A stretch of DNA of 28,612 bases from a virus (lineage: Duplodnaviria; Caudoviricetes): positions 1 to 28,612 of IMG/VR virus record IMGVR_UViG_3300039076_000040. One strand, given 5' to 3'. A model generated the notes under the pieces. The model was not told where the DNA came from and searched no databases. It saw only the letters and a program-made list of their open reading frames with translations. This document shows positions 15,373 through 24,290 of this stretch, piece after piece. Each line of letters starts with the position of its first letter. Positions within the stretch are counted from its first letter, which is position 1. The position numbers were made by a program, and so were the translations under genes.

Positions 15373-15843
15373 ATGGCAATGAAAGATTATAATAGCAGTA
15401 ACTTTAGAAATACTGTTATTGACCGTTTAACAGGAAAGTTTGGAAAAGGTGACGGACCCGGTGACAAGTTAAAAAAAGAAGGTCAGAAGATGAAGGCTGA
15501 AGGTCAGAAGATGAAGGCTGAAGGTCAAGCTATGAAGAAACTTGGTAAGCAATCTATCAGTCCTGCAAAAGGAATGTATGATGAGCTTGATACTAGAACA
15601 AAAGCTTCTCAAATTAAAATGCGTGAAACAGCATCTTTAGCACCTATTAAAGGGACTGAATTATCTCCAAAAAATAGAACTGCAGCAGAGCAAAGAATTC
15701 TTGACAAGGATATGGCTATCATTAGAGCTAAAGAAGCGGCAGCTAAAATTAAAGCTCAAAAAGAAGCAGCTGTTTTAGCAGCTGATAAGAAAAAAGCAGC
15801 TGATATGAGAAAAAAAGGCGGTTATAGTAAAAAAGGATTTTAA
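15373..15843 (+). CDS. Lys/Ala-rich basic protein with EGQKMKA heptad repeat
   Basis: ORF track; 21-bp tandem repeat at 15478-15537. Confidence 0.75.
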   Translation: MAMKDYNSSNFRNTVIDRLTGKFGKGDGPGDKLKKEGQKMKAEGQKMKAEGQAMKKLGKQSISPAKGMYDELDTRTKASQIKMRETASLAPIKGTELSPKNRTAAEQRILDKDMAIIRAKEAAAKIKAQKEAAVLAADKKKAADMRKKGGYSKKGF

Positions 15844-15868
15844 GAAGTAATAATTAAATAAATATACA

Positions 15869-16006
15869 ATGGCAACAAAGGCAACACCAAGTTTACCGGC
15901 AGCTTCAAGATTGAAGGGCCCAACAACAACAAACAAATCAGCTGTTAAAGCTAAAGGCGCGATGGGTAAATCATCTAAGAAGATGATGGGAAAAAAAGCT
16001 TGCTAA
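15869..16006 (+). CDS. Small basic peptide (45 aa)
   Basis: MATKATPSLPAASRLKGPTTTNKSAVKAKGAMGKSSKKMMGKKAC; no acidic residues. Confidence 0.6.
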   Translation: MATKATPSLPAASRLKGPTTTNKSAVKAKGAMGKSSKKMMGKKAC

Positions 16007-16015
16007 GAAACTATC

Positions 16016-16354
16016 ATGCCAAAGGACGCTTGTTATAAGAAAGTAAAGGCATCGTACGATGTGTTCCCCTCAGCAAGGGCCTCTCAGGCTATCGCTAAGT
16101 GCAGGAAATCATCGGGTGTGGTCAGAAAGACTAAGGCCGGAACGGATCTTAAAAGATGGCAGTCTGAGAAGTGGCAAGATACAAAGACAGGAAAGGCTTG
16201 TGGGGCCGGGGGTAAGAACGAGTACTGCCGGCCAACAAGACGAGTATCTAAGGATACGCCTAAGACAAAGAGTGAGATATCACCCTCAAAGTTGGCTGCC
16301 AAGAAGGCTGAGAAGTCAAGAGTTGGTATGGGGAACAGGGTTAAAAAAGTATAA
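16016..16354 (+). CDS. Basic phage protein (KDACYKKVK...PSA.AS; LKRW..EKW; YCRP)
   Basis: ORF track; motifs recognisable as a widespread phage family (DUF5872-like, from memory). Confidence 0.75.
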   Translation: MPKDACYKKVKASYDVFPSARASQAIAKCRKSSGVVRKTKAGTDLKRWQSEKWQDTKTGKACGAGGKNEYCRPTRRVSKDTPKTKSEISPSKLAAKKAEKSRVGMGNRVKKV

Positions 16355-16356
16355 CG

Positions 16357-16632
16357 ATGGCAAAGACAGCAGCGTGGGCACGTAGTGAGGGCAAGTCAAA
16401 GACAGGTGGCCTAAACGCAAAGGGTGTAGCGTCTTACAGACGTGAGAACCCGGGGTCTAAATTAAAGATGGCGGTTACGACTAAGCCATCAAAGCTTAAA
16501 CCGGGGAGTAAGGATGCGAATAGACGCAAGTCATTCTGCGCTAGATCCGCGGGGCAGATGGCTAAGTTTCCAAATGCTGCAAAAGATCCAAATAGCAGAT
16601 TAAGACTAGCAAGAAAAAAATGGAATTGTTAA
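16357..16632 (+). CDS. Basic phage protein (GGLNAKG...RRKSFCAR...KWNC; DUF6321-like)
   Basis: ORF track; motif recognition from memory. Confidence 0.8.
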   Translation: MAKTAAWARSEGKSKTGGLNAKGVASYRRENPGSKLKMAVTTKPSKLKPGSKDANRRKSFCARSAGQMAKFPNAAKDPNSRLRLARKKWNC

Positions 16633-16643
16633 AAACAAATATT

Positions 16644-16820
16644 ATGATGAATAGAGAATATCCGTTAGCACCTACATACTTTGGAGACAAGGAGACAAGG
16701 ATGAAGAAGAAGGCTGCAAGAAAAGAGAACCGAGAGATCAACAAGGCTGAGAGAAAGATGAGTAAGAGCACAGGTCTTGAGTACGAGCCTAAGGTTCGAA
16801 AAAGAGACATGAAGCCATGA
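16644..16820 (+). CDS. Small basic hypothetical protein
   Basis: ORF track, start trimmed to ATG 16644. Confidence 0.6.
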   Translation: MMNREYPLAPTYFGDKETRMKKKAARKENREINKAERKMSKSTGLEYEPKVRKRDMKP

Positions 16821-16936
16821 AGAAGATAATCAAGAAGGCTGCAAAGTTCGAGTCTAAGAAATCCTTGGATGGAGCTATGAAGTTCTTGAAGGGAAATGTT
16901 AGCAAGGCAGTTAAACCTAAAAATAAACTAAAATAA
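16817..16936 (+). CDS. Small Lys-rich peptide (39 aa)
   Basis: MKKIIKKAAKFESKKSLDGAMKFLKGNVSKAVKPKNKLK; ATGA overlap. Confidence 0.55.
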   Translation: MKKIIKKAAKFESKKSLDGAMKFLKGNVSKAVKPKNKLK

Positions 16937-16940
16937 TCAG

Positions 16941-16948
16941 TACCTTTG
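16941..16948 (+). promoter_or_regulatory. -7 promoter element giving a probably leaderless mRNA
   Basis: TACCTTTG-TGTC-ATG. Confidence 0.55.
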
Positions 16949-16952
16949 TGTC

Positions 16953-17171
16953 ATGGAACTAAGAACGGTTGTTACAGGCGTAAGACGCGATAGCATTGGG
17001 TTGGGTGACACGATAGAGAAGTTCACGAGGGCAACAGGCATTAAGAAGTTTGTTGACACGGTATCTGATCTAACAGGGGTTGATTGCGGATGTTCCGGTA
17101 GAAAGGAATCCTTAAACGATCCAAACATATTAGTAAATAAATTATTCTATAATAAAAACAAAGACAAATGA
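16953..17171 (+). CDS. Phage protein (GLGDTIEK.T.ATGIK...DCGC..RK..LN)
   Basis: ORF track; recognisable small phage motif. Confidence 0.75.
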   Translation: MELRTVVTGVRRDSIGLGDTIEKFTRATGIKKFVDTVSDLTGVDCGCSGRKESLNDPNILVNKLFYNKNKDK

Positions 17172-17950
17172 GTCAAATTAACGTAGACATCGTAGCACCA
17201 TTTACATCAGGATCTGATTTTGTTACAGTAAATTCAATGAATGTTGCTTATACATCAGCAGGTACTATTCAATTAGTAAATGGGACTTGGCCTGATAAAT
17301 CACCCGCTGTAAATTCAATTGTAATTGGACAAGGTGCAGGAGTAAGCGCATATAGTAACAACAATGTACTTATTGGTGGAGACGCAGGTGGTGTACTTAC
17401 ATCAGCAGGTAACTTTAATGTATTTGTTGGAGAAGGTGCAGGAGGAGCAGTTACATCAGGAACTACTAATACTTTTATTGGGAAGTATGCAGGATGGTCT
17501 CCTTTGAGTACTACAACAGGTAGTAATAATATTTGCATTGGTAATCAATCTAATGCAGCATCAGCATCTGCGAGTAACTCAATTACATTAGGTAACTCAT
17601 CTATCACATCTCTTCGTTGTGCCGTTACATCCATCACATCTTTGTCAGATGCACGTGATAAAAAAGAGGTAAAAGACTTAAACGTAGGTCTTGAGTTTAT
17701 TGATGGTCTTCGCCCTGTAACATTTGTTTGGGATGACAGAGACGAGAATGGTAAACATGACATCGCTGACTTTGGATTCATTGCTCAAGACTTGAAAGCT
17801 GCTGAAGATTCAGTAGATATGTCTGAGGTACTTAAGTTAGTTTACGATGAGAATCCTGAGAAATTAGAAGCATCATATGGTAAACTAATTCCTATCTTAG
17901 TTAAAGCTATTCAGGAGCTATCAGCAGAAGTTAAACAATTAAAAAAATAA
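17168..17950 (+). CDS. Short fibre/spike with C-terminal intramolecular chaperone (peptidase S74) domain
   Basis: Gly/Asn beta-roll repeats (N..IG..AG), then SDARDKK...LRPVTFVW...GFIAQD...Y..LIPILVKAIQEL coiled coil. Confidence 0.85.
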   Translation: MSQINVDIVAPFTSGSDFVTVNSMNVAYTSAGTIQLVNGTWPDKSPAVNSIVIGQGAGVSAYSNNNVLIGGDAGGVLTSAGNFNVFVGEGAGGAVTSGTTNTFIGKYAGWSPLSTTTGSNNICIGNQSNAASASASNSITLGNSSITSLRCAVTSITSLSDARDKKEVKDLNVGLEFIDGLRPVTFVWDDRDENGKHDIADFGFIAQDLKAAEDSVDMSEVLKLVYDENPEKLEASYGKLIPILVKAIQELSAEVKQLKK

Positions 17951-17956
17951 ATAGTA

Positions 17957-18247
17957 ATGGCAACAGTACCATCAGGAACGCAGTTTATAGGATTAGCTGC
18001 TAACTATTCAATTCCTGAACTACGTTCAGCTTTAATTAACGCTCAAAGTGGAGCATACACAATTGAAGACATTTCAAACGCAGTAGGGGGCGGAGGAATT
18101 GAGGCAAATGGATTTACAATCGTAGGCCCATTGATGGCAAATATTACACTTCCTGAGAATGCAACTGTAAACTTTACAGGCCCTCTATCAATGGGAGCAG
18201 GTTATGTATTAACAGTGCCTACAAGTACAACTTTAAATATTTTATAA
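17957..18247 (+). CDS. Virion decoration/fibre-like protein, anchor family member 1
   Basis: N-terminus shared with 18249 and 19185; beta-rich C-terminus. Confidence 0.7.
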   Translation: MATVPSGTQFIGLAANYSIPELRSALINAQSGAYTIEDISNAVGGGGIEANGFTIVGPLMANITLPENATVNFTGPLSMGAGYVLTVPTSTTLNIL

Positions 18248-18248
18248 T

Positions 18249-18905
18249 ATGGCAACGATACCATCAGGGCAGAAGTTTCACACGGTAGCAAGTACTGTAG
18301 TGACAACAAATTTAGGCTCAGCTTTAGCTAACGCACAGCGTGAGATTTTTACAATGCAGGACATCATCGACACTACACCTTCAGGCATTCATGTTTTAGT
18401 TAAGCCGAAAGCAGGTAATTACATAACTGCTATGATTGGTAATGGTGGGTTCGGTGGATTCGCTCAGCAAATTGCTAACTCGATTCAATTAATACCTTTT
18501 ATACCAAGTCAAACAATTTCATATACATCTTTAGCAATAAATATCGTGTCGCCATCAGCAGGAGCCTTGGGAAGGATTTTGATTTACTCAAGTTTAAATG
18601 GGCTACCCACTACTAAATTGTATGAGAGTGCATCACTTGACCTATCAACAGGTGGATATAAAACCGCAACAATATCAGGAAATTTTATTAAGGGTACTAC
18701 TTATTGGCTCGGTGTTCAAAGTAATAGTTCATCCGTATACTTCGATGGTTATCCATCAAATAGTATGTTAGCTTTAACCTATAATGGAACTACGCCTTCC
18801 GCAATATTAGTAAGCGCAGCAATCGGTTCAGCACCTACGACTATATCTCCTGCATCAACAAGTTATATAGATAGTCAAACTACTGCTATTATTAACATAC
18901 TTTAA
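18249..18905 (+). CDS. Virion decoration/fibre-like protein, anchor family member 2
   Basis: Shared N-terminus; Ser/Thr/Gly-rich beta-sandwich-like domain (IY..NGLP..L, G.TYWLG). Confidence 0.75.
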   Translation: MATIPSGQKFHTVASTVVTTNLGSALANAQREIFTMQDIIDTTPSGIHVLVKPKAGNYITAMIGNGGFGGFAQQIANSIQLIPFIPSQTISYTSLAINIVSPSAGALGRILIYSSLNGLPTTKLYESASLDLSTGGYKTATISGNFIKGTTYWLGVQSNSSSVYFDGYPSNSMLALTYNGTTPSAILVSAAIGSAPTTISPASTSYIDSQTTAIINIL

Positions 18906-18914
18906 ATAATAACC

Positions 18915-19070
18915 ATGACACAAGTAAGAAACGAAATCTACAACGACAACGGAATAGTTGAAGTAGTATTTATTGAGGTTAATCTACCAACACAAGAAGA
19001 ATTGATTGCTCAAAAAGAAGCACAGCTTCTTGCAATGTATAATGAATTAAAAGCTCTTAAAGGAGAGTAA
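18915..19070 (+). CDS. Small coiled-coil protein (51 aa), possible fibre chaperone
   Basis: MTQVRNEIYNDNGIVEV...QEELIAQKEAQLLAMYNELKALKGE. Confidence 0.65.
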   Translation: MTQVRNEIYNDNGIVEVVFIEVNLPTQEELIAQKEAQLLAMYNELKALKGE

Positions 19071-19120
19071 TAAGTATATTTACATTAAACATTATTTAGT
19101 GATTCCAAAATAAAGTAATC

Positions 19121-19172
19121 GAGCCACCCTAATCAGGTGGCTTTTTCATTTTAAAATAATCCTTATATTTGT
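19121..19172 (+). terminator. Terminator plus -7 promoter module, copy 1
   Basis: GAGCCACC-ctaatca-GGTGGCTT-TTT, then TATATTTG (19164-19171). Confidence 0.75.
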
Positions 19173-19184
19173 AAAAAAAAAGAT

Positions 19185-19661
19185 ATGGCAATTATAGCAA
19201 ACGACACGCAGTTCATCGGAATTGCACCAAGCATTGACCTGACAGGCAAAAAGTCAGCAATCTTAAACGAGCAGACAGAGCCGGTAACTATGGCGGATAT
19301 CATCGAGACAGTTGGTGGTGGGCCAAGCTACTTAGTGTACACTGCTTTATTAACTCAGAGTGGAACTAGTGCTCCTGTAGCTACTGTATTAGAAAATACT
19401 TTAGGTGGAAATCCTGTTTGGGCAAGAGGAGGACAAGGAAGTTTTAATATAACACTTTCAGGTGCATTTCCTATTGGAAAAACTATTATTTTTCTAACAA
19501 TACGTGGTGATGATGCAGATGGAAGAATAATAGCAGAAATTAATTATAATAGTTCTCCCAATGCAAATCAAAGAGGATTTGTTTTTAAAAATGCTTCAAC
19601 AAATTTAAATGCAGATGGTATAGGAACTCTTTCTAGTATTGAAATCAGAGTATACCCATAA
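19185..19661 (+). CDS. Virion decoration/fibre-like protein, anchor family member 3
   Basis: Shared N-terminus; YLVYTALLTQSGTSAP...LENTLG...IEIRVY domain. Confidence 0.8.
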   Translation: MAIIANDTQFIGIAPSIDLTGKKSAILNEQTEPVTMADIIETVGGGPSYLVYTALLTQSGTSAPVATVLENTLGGNPVWARGGQGSFNITLSGAFPIGKTIIFLTIRGDDADGRIIAEINYNSSPNANQRGFVFKNASTNLNADGIGTLSSIEIRVYP

Positions 19662-19683
19662 ATAAATAATTACACAACAATAC

Positions 19684-19735
19684 AAAGCCACTTTCACAGG
19701 TGGCTTTTTTGTTTTAAAATATTGCTTATCTTTGT
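19684..19735 (+). terminator. Terminator plus -7 promoter module, copy 2
   Basis: AAAGCCAC-tttcacag-GTGGCTTT-TTT, then TATCTTTG (19727-19734). Confidence 0.75.
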
Positions 19736-19752
19736 CTTATAAATAATTTGAC

Positions 19753-20223
19753 ATGGCATATCAAAAACTGCAGACAAGCACAGCATTAAACATAGTAACA
19801 TCTGATAACGCAAATATTCCCTTTCCTAATGTAGTAGCATCGGGTACAAGTGATACTGTTACAGCTAATCAACTTAATGATACAACGGGTACGTTCGTAA
19901 CATCAAACGTACAGACAGGTGACGTGGTTGTTAACCTAACAACAAACCAATCTGCTACCGTAGTAAGGGTAATTGACGAGGACAACTTGGTAATGAACGC
20001 CAATATCTTTTTAGCATCAGGTGATGACTTTGTTATCTACACAAACAATAACAAGGAGGCCTGTGTTCTATACATTGGAGCAGGTGGAACTCTTAGAGTC
20101 TTGACCGCTTCAAACAACGACGTTACGTTCTTCGGGATCTTAGGTGGATCATTTTTACCTGTACAGGTACTAAAGGTGTTCCAAACAGGCACATCAGCAT
20201 CTGAGATTGTAGCTCTTTGGTAA
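19753..20223 (+). CDS. Virion structural protein
   Basis: C-terminal LYIGAGGTLRV...GSFLPVQVLKVFQTGTSASEIVALW, typical of small phage spike-base/adaptor proteins. Confidence 0.75.
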   Translation: MAYQKLQTSTALNIVTSDNANIPFPNVVASGTSDTVTANQLNDTTGTFVTSNVQTGDVVVNLTTNQSATVVRVIDEDNLVMNANIFLASGDDFVIYTNNNKEACVLYIGAGGTLRVLTASNNDVTFFGILGGSFLPVQVLKVFQTGTSASEIVALW

Positions 20224-20224
20224 G

Positions 20225-20368
20225 ATGATTACAAACGGTATACAGATAACAAACGAGATTGGGATAACGGGTGAGAGCTCGATATCTCCAATATTCCCTG
20301 ACGAACGTGTGACGGACGACGGGATTAATCGTTATACAGACGACGGTCAAGAACGCATAATAGACTAA
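20225..20368 (+). CDS. Small acidic protein (47 aa)
   Basis: MITNGIQITNEIG...RVTDDGINRYTDDGQERIID; fills the gap before fibre 1. Confidence 0.6.
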   Translation: MITNGIQITNEIGITGESSISPIFPDERVTDDGINRYTDDGQERIID

Positions 20369-20370
20369 TC

Positions 20371-22239
20371 ATGGCAGGTATCAAGATAGTTAACTTACCG
20401 GCATTAGGCAGGAACTTAGCGTCCACTGACCTATTTGAGCTCTCGTTAGCGGGTGGCACGGGTAGTCGCAAGATTACAGGTCAGGAGATCATCAGTGCAA
20501 TCCCGTCGGGAATCACAATCGGTACGACTGCAATCACTTCGGGTACTGTTGGACGTGTATTGTTTGAAGGTACGGGAAATGTAGTGCAAGAATCAGCTAA
20601 CTTGTTTTGGGATAATACGAACAAGCGTTTAGGGATTGGAACGAGTAGTCCAAGCACAACATTAGTTCTACAACAAGACGGAAGTTCATTTATTAGATTA
20701 GTTAGAAATTTATCCACTACTGAATTTGGTATGTTTATTACCAATGTAAGAAATGGCGCGGGTAATGCGGGAGGTGTTTTCACTGCTAACAACTTTGAGT
20801 TTAGGGATAGCGTAGGTACAACTGCTTACCTAACAATTAACGCGGGCAACGTCCTAATCAACACCACCACAGACGCAGGATACAAGCTAGATGTGAACGG
20901 TACTGCGAGGGTGAGTAGTTATTTACATTGTTTTGGCGATGTTTACGCTCAACGTGGTACTAATATGATAGGCTTGACAAATTGGAGTGTAAATAGTAAC
21001 AACCCTACTTTATATGCTCAAACTGATATTTACATAAGCCCAAATATTGGTAATGCTTTTATCTTTAAAAACACGGGAAACTTACTAATAGGAACAACAA
21101 CCGATAATGGTTATAAACTTGACGTTAACGGTACTGCGAGAATCAATTCAATTAACATTGGACTTGGAGCGGGACAAGTTATATCAAATACCGCTATTGG
21201 ATTAAATGCATTAATTACAAATACTACGGGTGCAAATAATACAGTTTTCGGATGTGTTGCAGGAAGGTCAAATATAGATGGAAGTAACAATACTTTTATC
21301 GGTCGAGCATCGGGAGAAAATAATACAAGTGGTGGAAACAATACATTTCTTGGAGCGGTGGCGGGTACTGCGAATTCATCGGGAGGTAACAATGTTTCCA
21401 TTGGTAGAGAAACGGGTTCTGTAAATACTACGGGTAGCCTAAATACTTCCATTGGAACTAGAGCGGGTAATTCAAATACAACGGGTTCAAATAATATTTT
21501 TATTGGTTACTTATCAACGGGCGTTTCAGCAACGGAATCAAATAGAACTTGGATAGGTAATTCAACAACTGCAACAACTTGGTTAGCGGGCAACGTCCTA
21601 ATAGGAACAACAACCGATGCGGGTTATAAGCTTGACGTTAACGGTGATACTAAAACTTTAGGTCTATTAACTGCCTACGGAATTTCAACCAACTTAAGTG
21701 ATATGGCAATCTACAATACAACCAATAACACGGGTTTTATAAGATTTATCACACAAACTGCTAGTGCTCAAGCTGAAAGAATGAGAATAGCTAACACGGG
21801 AAATGTTCAGATAGGAACAACAACCGATGCGGGTTTCAAGTTAGATGTGAACGGTACTGCGAGGTTTATTGGTAATGTTTTTTTACCAACAGATATATTA
21901 ATTGGTTCGGGTTCAAGTACGTCTGTTTGGAATAGAATAATGCTTTATGATAGTGGAAATGGTTCTATTAACATAACAATGCACAATCCCGCTTGGTATA
22001 TTAGGCACAATGCAAATATGAGTATGAATGGTGCTATGCAAGTAGGAAGTAATACTTCTGCAGTCGCATCCGCTGTATTACAAGCAACGTCAACCACACA
22101 AGGCTTCCTACCTCCACGAATGACACAGGTACAGAGGAACGCTATCGCATCTCCGGCTATAGGTCTTGAGATCTATCAGACAGATGCAACAGAAGGAAAG
22201 TATATTTATAAATCGTCCGGATGGACATATATCGGTTAA
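20371..22239 (+). CDS. Modular fibre/receptor-binding protein 1
   Basis: 622 aa, G/T/N-rich; four GNV.I.TTTD.G.KLDVNG repeats; C-terminal GFLPPRMT domain. Confidence 0.85.
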   Translation: MAGIKIVNLPALGRNLASTDLFELSLAGGTGSRKITGQEIISAIPSGITIGTTAITSGTVGRVLFEGTGNVVQESANLFWDNTNKRLGIGTSSPSTTLVLQQDGSSFIRLVRNLSTTEFGMFITNVRNGAGNAGGVFTANNFEFRDSVGTTAYLTINAGNVLINTTTDAGYKLDVNGTARVSSYLHCFGDVYAQRGTNMIGLTNWSVNSNNPTLYAQTDIYISPNIGNAFIFKNTGNLLIGTTTDNGYKLDVNGTARINSINIGLGAGQVISNTAIGLNALITNTTGANNTVFGCVAGRSNIDGSNNTFIGRASGENNTSGGNNTFLGAVAGTANSSGGNNVSIGRETGSVNTTGSLNTSIGTRAGNSNTTGSNNIFIGYLSTGVSATESNRTWIGNSTTATTWLAGNVLIGTTTDAGYKLDVNGDTKTLGLLTAYGISTNLSDMAIYNTTNNTGFIRFITQTASAQAERMRIANTGNVQIGTTTDAGFKLDVNGTARFIGNVFLPTDILIGSGSSTSVWNRIMLYDSGNGSINITMHNPAWYIRHNANMSMNGAMQVGSNTSAVASAVLQATSTTQGFLPPRMTQVQRNAIASPAIGLEIYQTDATEGKYIYKSSGWTYIG

Positions 22240-22256
22240 CAATAAAAAATAAAACA

Positions 22257-22529
22257 ATGGAAACAACAACACCACAAGGAGGAATTGCTATCGTACCGGT
22301 AGTATACCCACTAAACGAAGGGACAGCGACTTTTATGTCTGTCTTAGTTCTTAACTTCCCAACGGACGCAGTTACTGCTACAACTTATTGGCAGTTGCTT
22401 ACAGATGAGGGCAAACAATTGGCTCAGGGTAACTATACCTTGACTGAAGAAGAGTTTGCAGCTTGGGGAACAGACAATAGCTACGTCAACCAATGTGTTG
22501 CAGATGCTATCGGAGTAGTAATCATTTAA
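22257..22529 (+). CDS. Small acidic fibre-associated protein/chaperone
   Basis: GNYTLTEEEFAAWGTDNSYV; start trimmed to ATG 22257. Confidence 0.7.
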   Translation: METTTPQGGIAIVPVVYPLNEGTATFMSVLVLNFPTDAVTATTYWQLLTDEGKQLAQGNYTLTEEEFAAWGTDNSYVNQCVADAIGVVII

Positions 22530-22539
22530 TCTATATATC

Positions 22540-22701
22540 ATGAATCAAATCGTTTTAAATCAAGAGAACTTAGCAAAGTTAGAGTCATTCATTCAAGAGA
22601 TGCCTGTAAAGTACGGTCTTCCACTTATTCAGTTCCTTAACGAGCTTGCTAAAGAGCAAGGCGGAGAGCCTGAGGCGTTGGAGACTGAGACAGTCGGATA
22701 A
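22540..22701 (+). CDS. Small helical protein (53 aa), fibre-associated
   Basis: MNQIVLNQENLAKLESFIQEMPVKYGLPLIQFLNEL... Confidence 0.65.
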   Translation: MNQIVLNQENLAKLESFIQEMPVKYGLPLIQFLNELAKEQGGEPEALETETVG

Positions 22702-22712
22702 AAAAAACAAAC

Positions 22713-24287
22713 ATGGCAGGAATAAAGATCGTCAACCTACCCGCAGTAGGTAGGGATTTAATTAGTACGGACCTCTTTGAGCTATCCTTAGTGGGTGGCT
22801 CAGGGAGCCGTAAGATTACGGGTCAGGAGATAATGAATGCGTCCAAGCTAAACGTAGGAGGCACCCCCATTATCAATGGTACCGTAGGACGTATCTTGTT
22901 CCAAGGCGCATCAGACACCTTAGGCGAGTCCGCTAACCTATTTTGGGATAATACGAATAGTATATTGCAAATAACAAAGGCTTTAGGTGCTACTATGCGT
23001 TTGAATTGTACTTCATCAAATCCATCTAAATTTCAATTTACGCAAGAATTAAGTGTTGGTGTTCCAACTGAAATTGGTTTTATATCTAATCAGTTTGGTA
23101 CGGGAATGATACTTCAATCTTTTAATAGTCTTTACTTTAATGCTAACAATGCTGAAAAAATGCGAATTGTTAGTGGTACGGGCAACGTCCTAATCAACAC
23201 TACCACAGACGCAGGATACAAGCTTGACGTTAATGGTACTGCGAGGGTGCAAGGGAAACTTACCGTATCAACGGGAGGAATGGATTTAACGGGTACGCTA
23301 ACAAATTATAGCGGTTATCAAGGTTATGGACAGATGCAATTATTTAGCGGTTCTGCGTTTCAAATGTTTAACTCTGCTAATAACTCAAAAATATCTTTTC
23401 AATATACAACTGCAACGGGATTAAGTTTATCAATAAACCCCGAAAATTTGAGTGGCATTCTAAATGGGTTAGCAATTGGTCCTTCGTTAGTAGCTTCGGC
23501 TAATAATAATGTATTAGTTGGATTAGATATTACACCTACGTTCACTAATGGTGCATTTACGGGGGTAACTAACTTAGGTTTAAGAATGCAAAATGGAGTA
23601 GCAGTATTTGGTGCATCAACTTATACAACATTATTATATAGTGAAATACCAAAATTGTTTGTTAATGGTGGAAGTAATTTATTAGGAACTACATCAATAG
23701 GACCAAGTCGTATTTATTTTAGTGGTAATAATATTACTTGGGAAAGCACGGGAATAACAAATAATACACCCGAATGGAGAGCAGATGCTAGTGGTATTAA
23801 ATTTGGAAACTATTTAACTTTACCATTAAGAATATCAATAGGAGGAACTGAAAATGCAAGGTTTTTCTCAACGGGTAACGTAGCTATCGGAACAACAACC
23901 GATGCGGGTTTCAAGTTAGATGTTAACGGTACTACTCGATTAAATGGAAATTTAACTTTCCAAAGTTCAGCTTGGGTTTTAGATAATGTGAATGCGGTAA
24001 TGTACCGAACTAGTTTTAATACTGAATCTATTGCGTTTAATGGAAGTAGAATAACTTTTACCGATGCTAATGGATTCGTGTTTAATAGTACAAATGCGGG
24101 GGCAACATTAACTGCATCATCAATTCTAGACATTCAATCCACTACAAAAGGCTTCCTACCTCCGCGAATGACGAACGCACAACGCACAGCCATAGCTAGC
24201 CCGGCTGTTGGACTGATTGTATACTGTACTGATGTTACAGAGGGGTTATGGATTTACAAATCATCAGGATGGACATTTATAGTATAA
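22713..24287 (+). CDS. Modular fibre/receptor-binding protein 2
   Basis: 524 aa; N-terminus paralogous to fibre 1, two repeats, same C-terminal domain as fibre 1. Confidence 0.85.
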   Translation: MAGIKIVNLPAVGRDLISTDLFELSLVGGSGSRKITGQEIMNASKLNVGGTPIINGTVGRILFQGASDTLGESANLFWDNTNSILQITKALGATMRLNCTSSNPSKFQFTQELSVGVPTEIGFISNQFGTGMILQSFNSLYFNANNAEKMRIVSGTGNVLINTTTDAGYKLDVNGTARVQGKLTVSTGGMDLTGTLTNYSGYQGYGQMQLFSGSAFQMFNSANNSKISFQYTTATGLSLSINPENLSGILNGLAIGPSLVASANNNVLVGLDITPTFTNGAFTGVTNLGLRMQNGVAVFGASTYTTLLYSEIPKLFVNGGSNLLGTTSIGPSRIYFSGNNITWESTGITNNTPEWRADASGIKFGNYLTLPLRISIGGTENARFFSTGNVAIGTTTDAGFKLDVNGTTRLNGNLTFQSSAWVLDNVNAVMYRTSFNTESIAFNGSRITFTDANGFVFNSTNAGATLTASSILDIQSTTKGFLPPRMTNAQRTAIASPAVGLIVYCTDVTEGLWIYKSSGWTFIV

Positions 24288-24290
24288 GAC

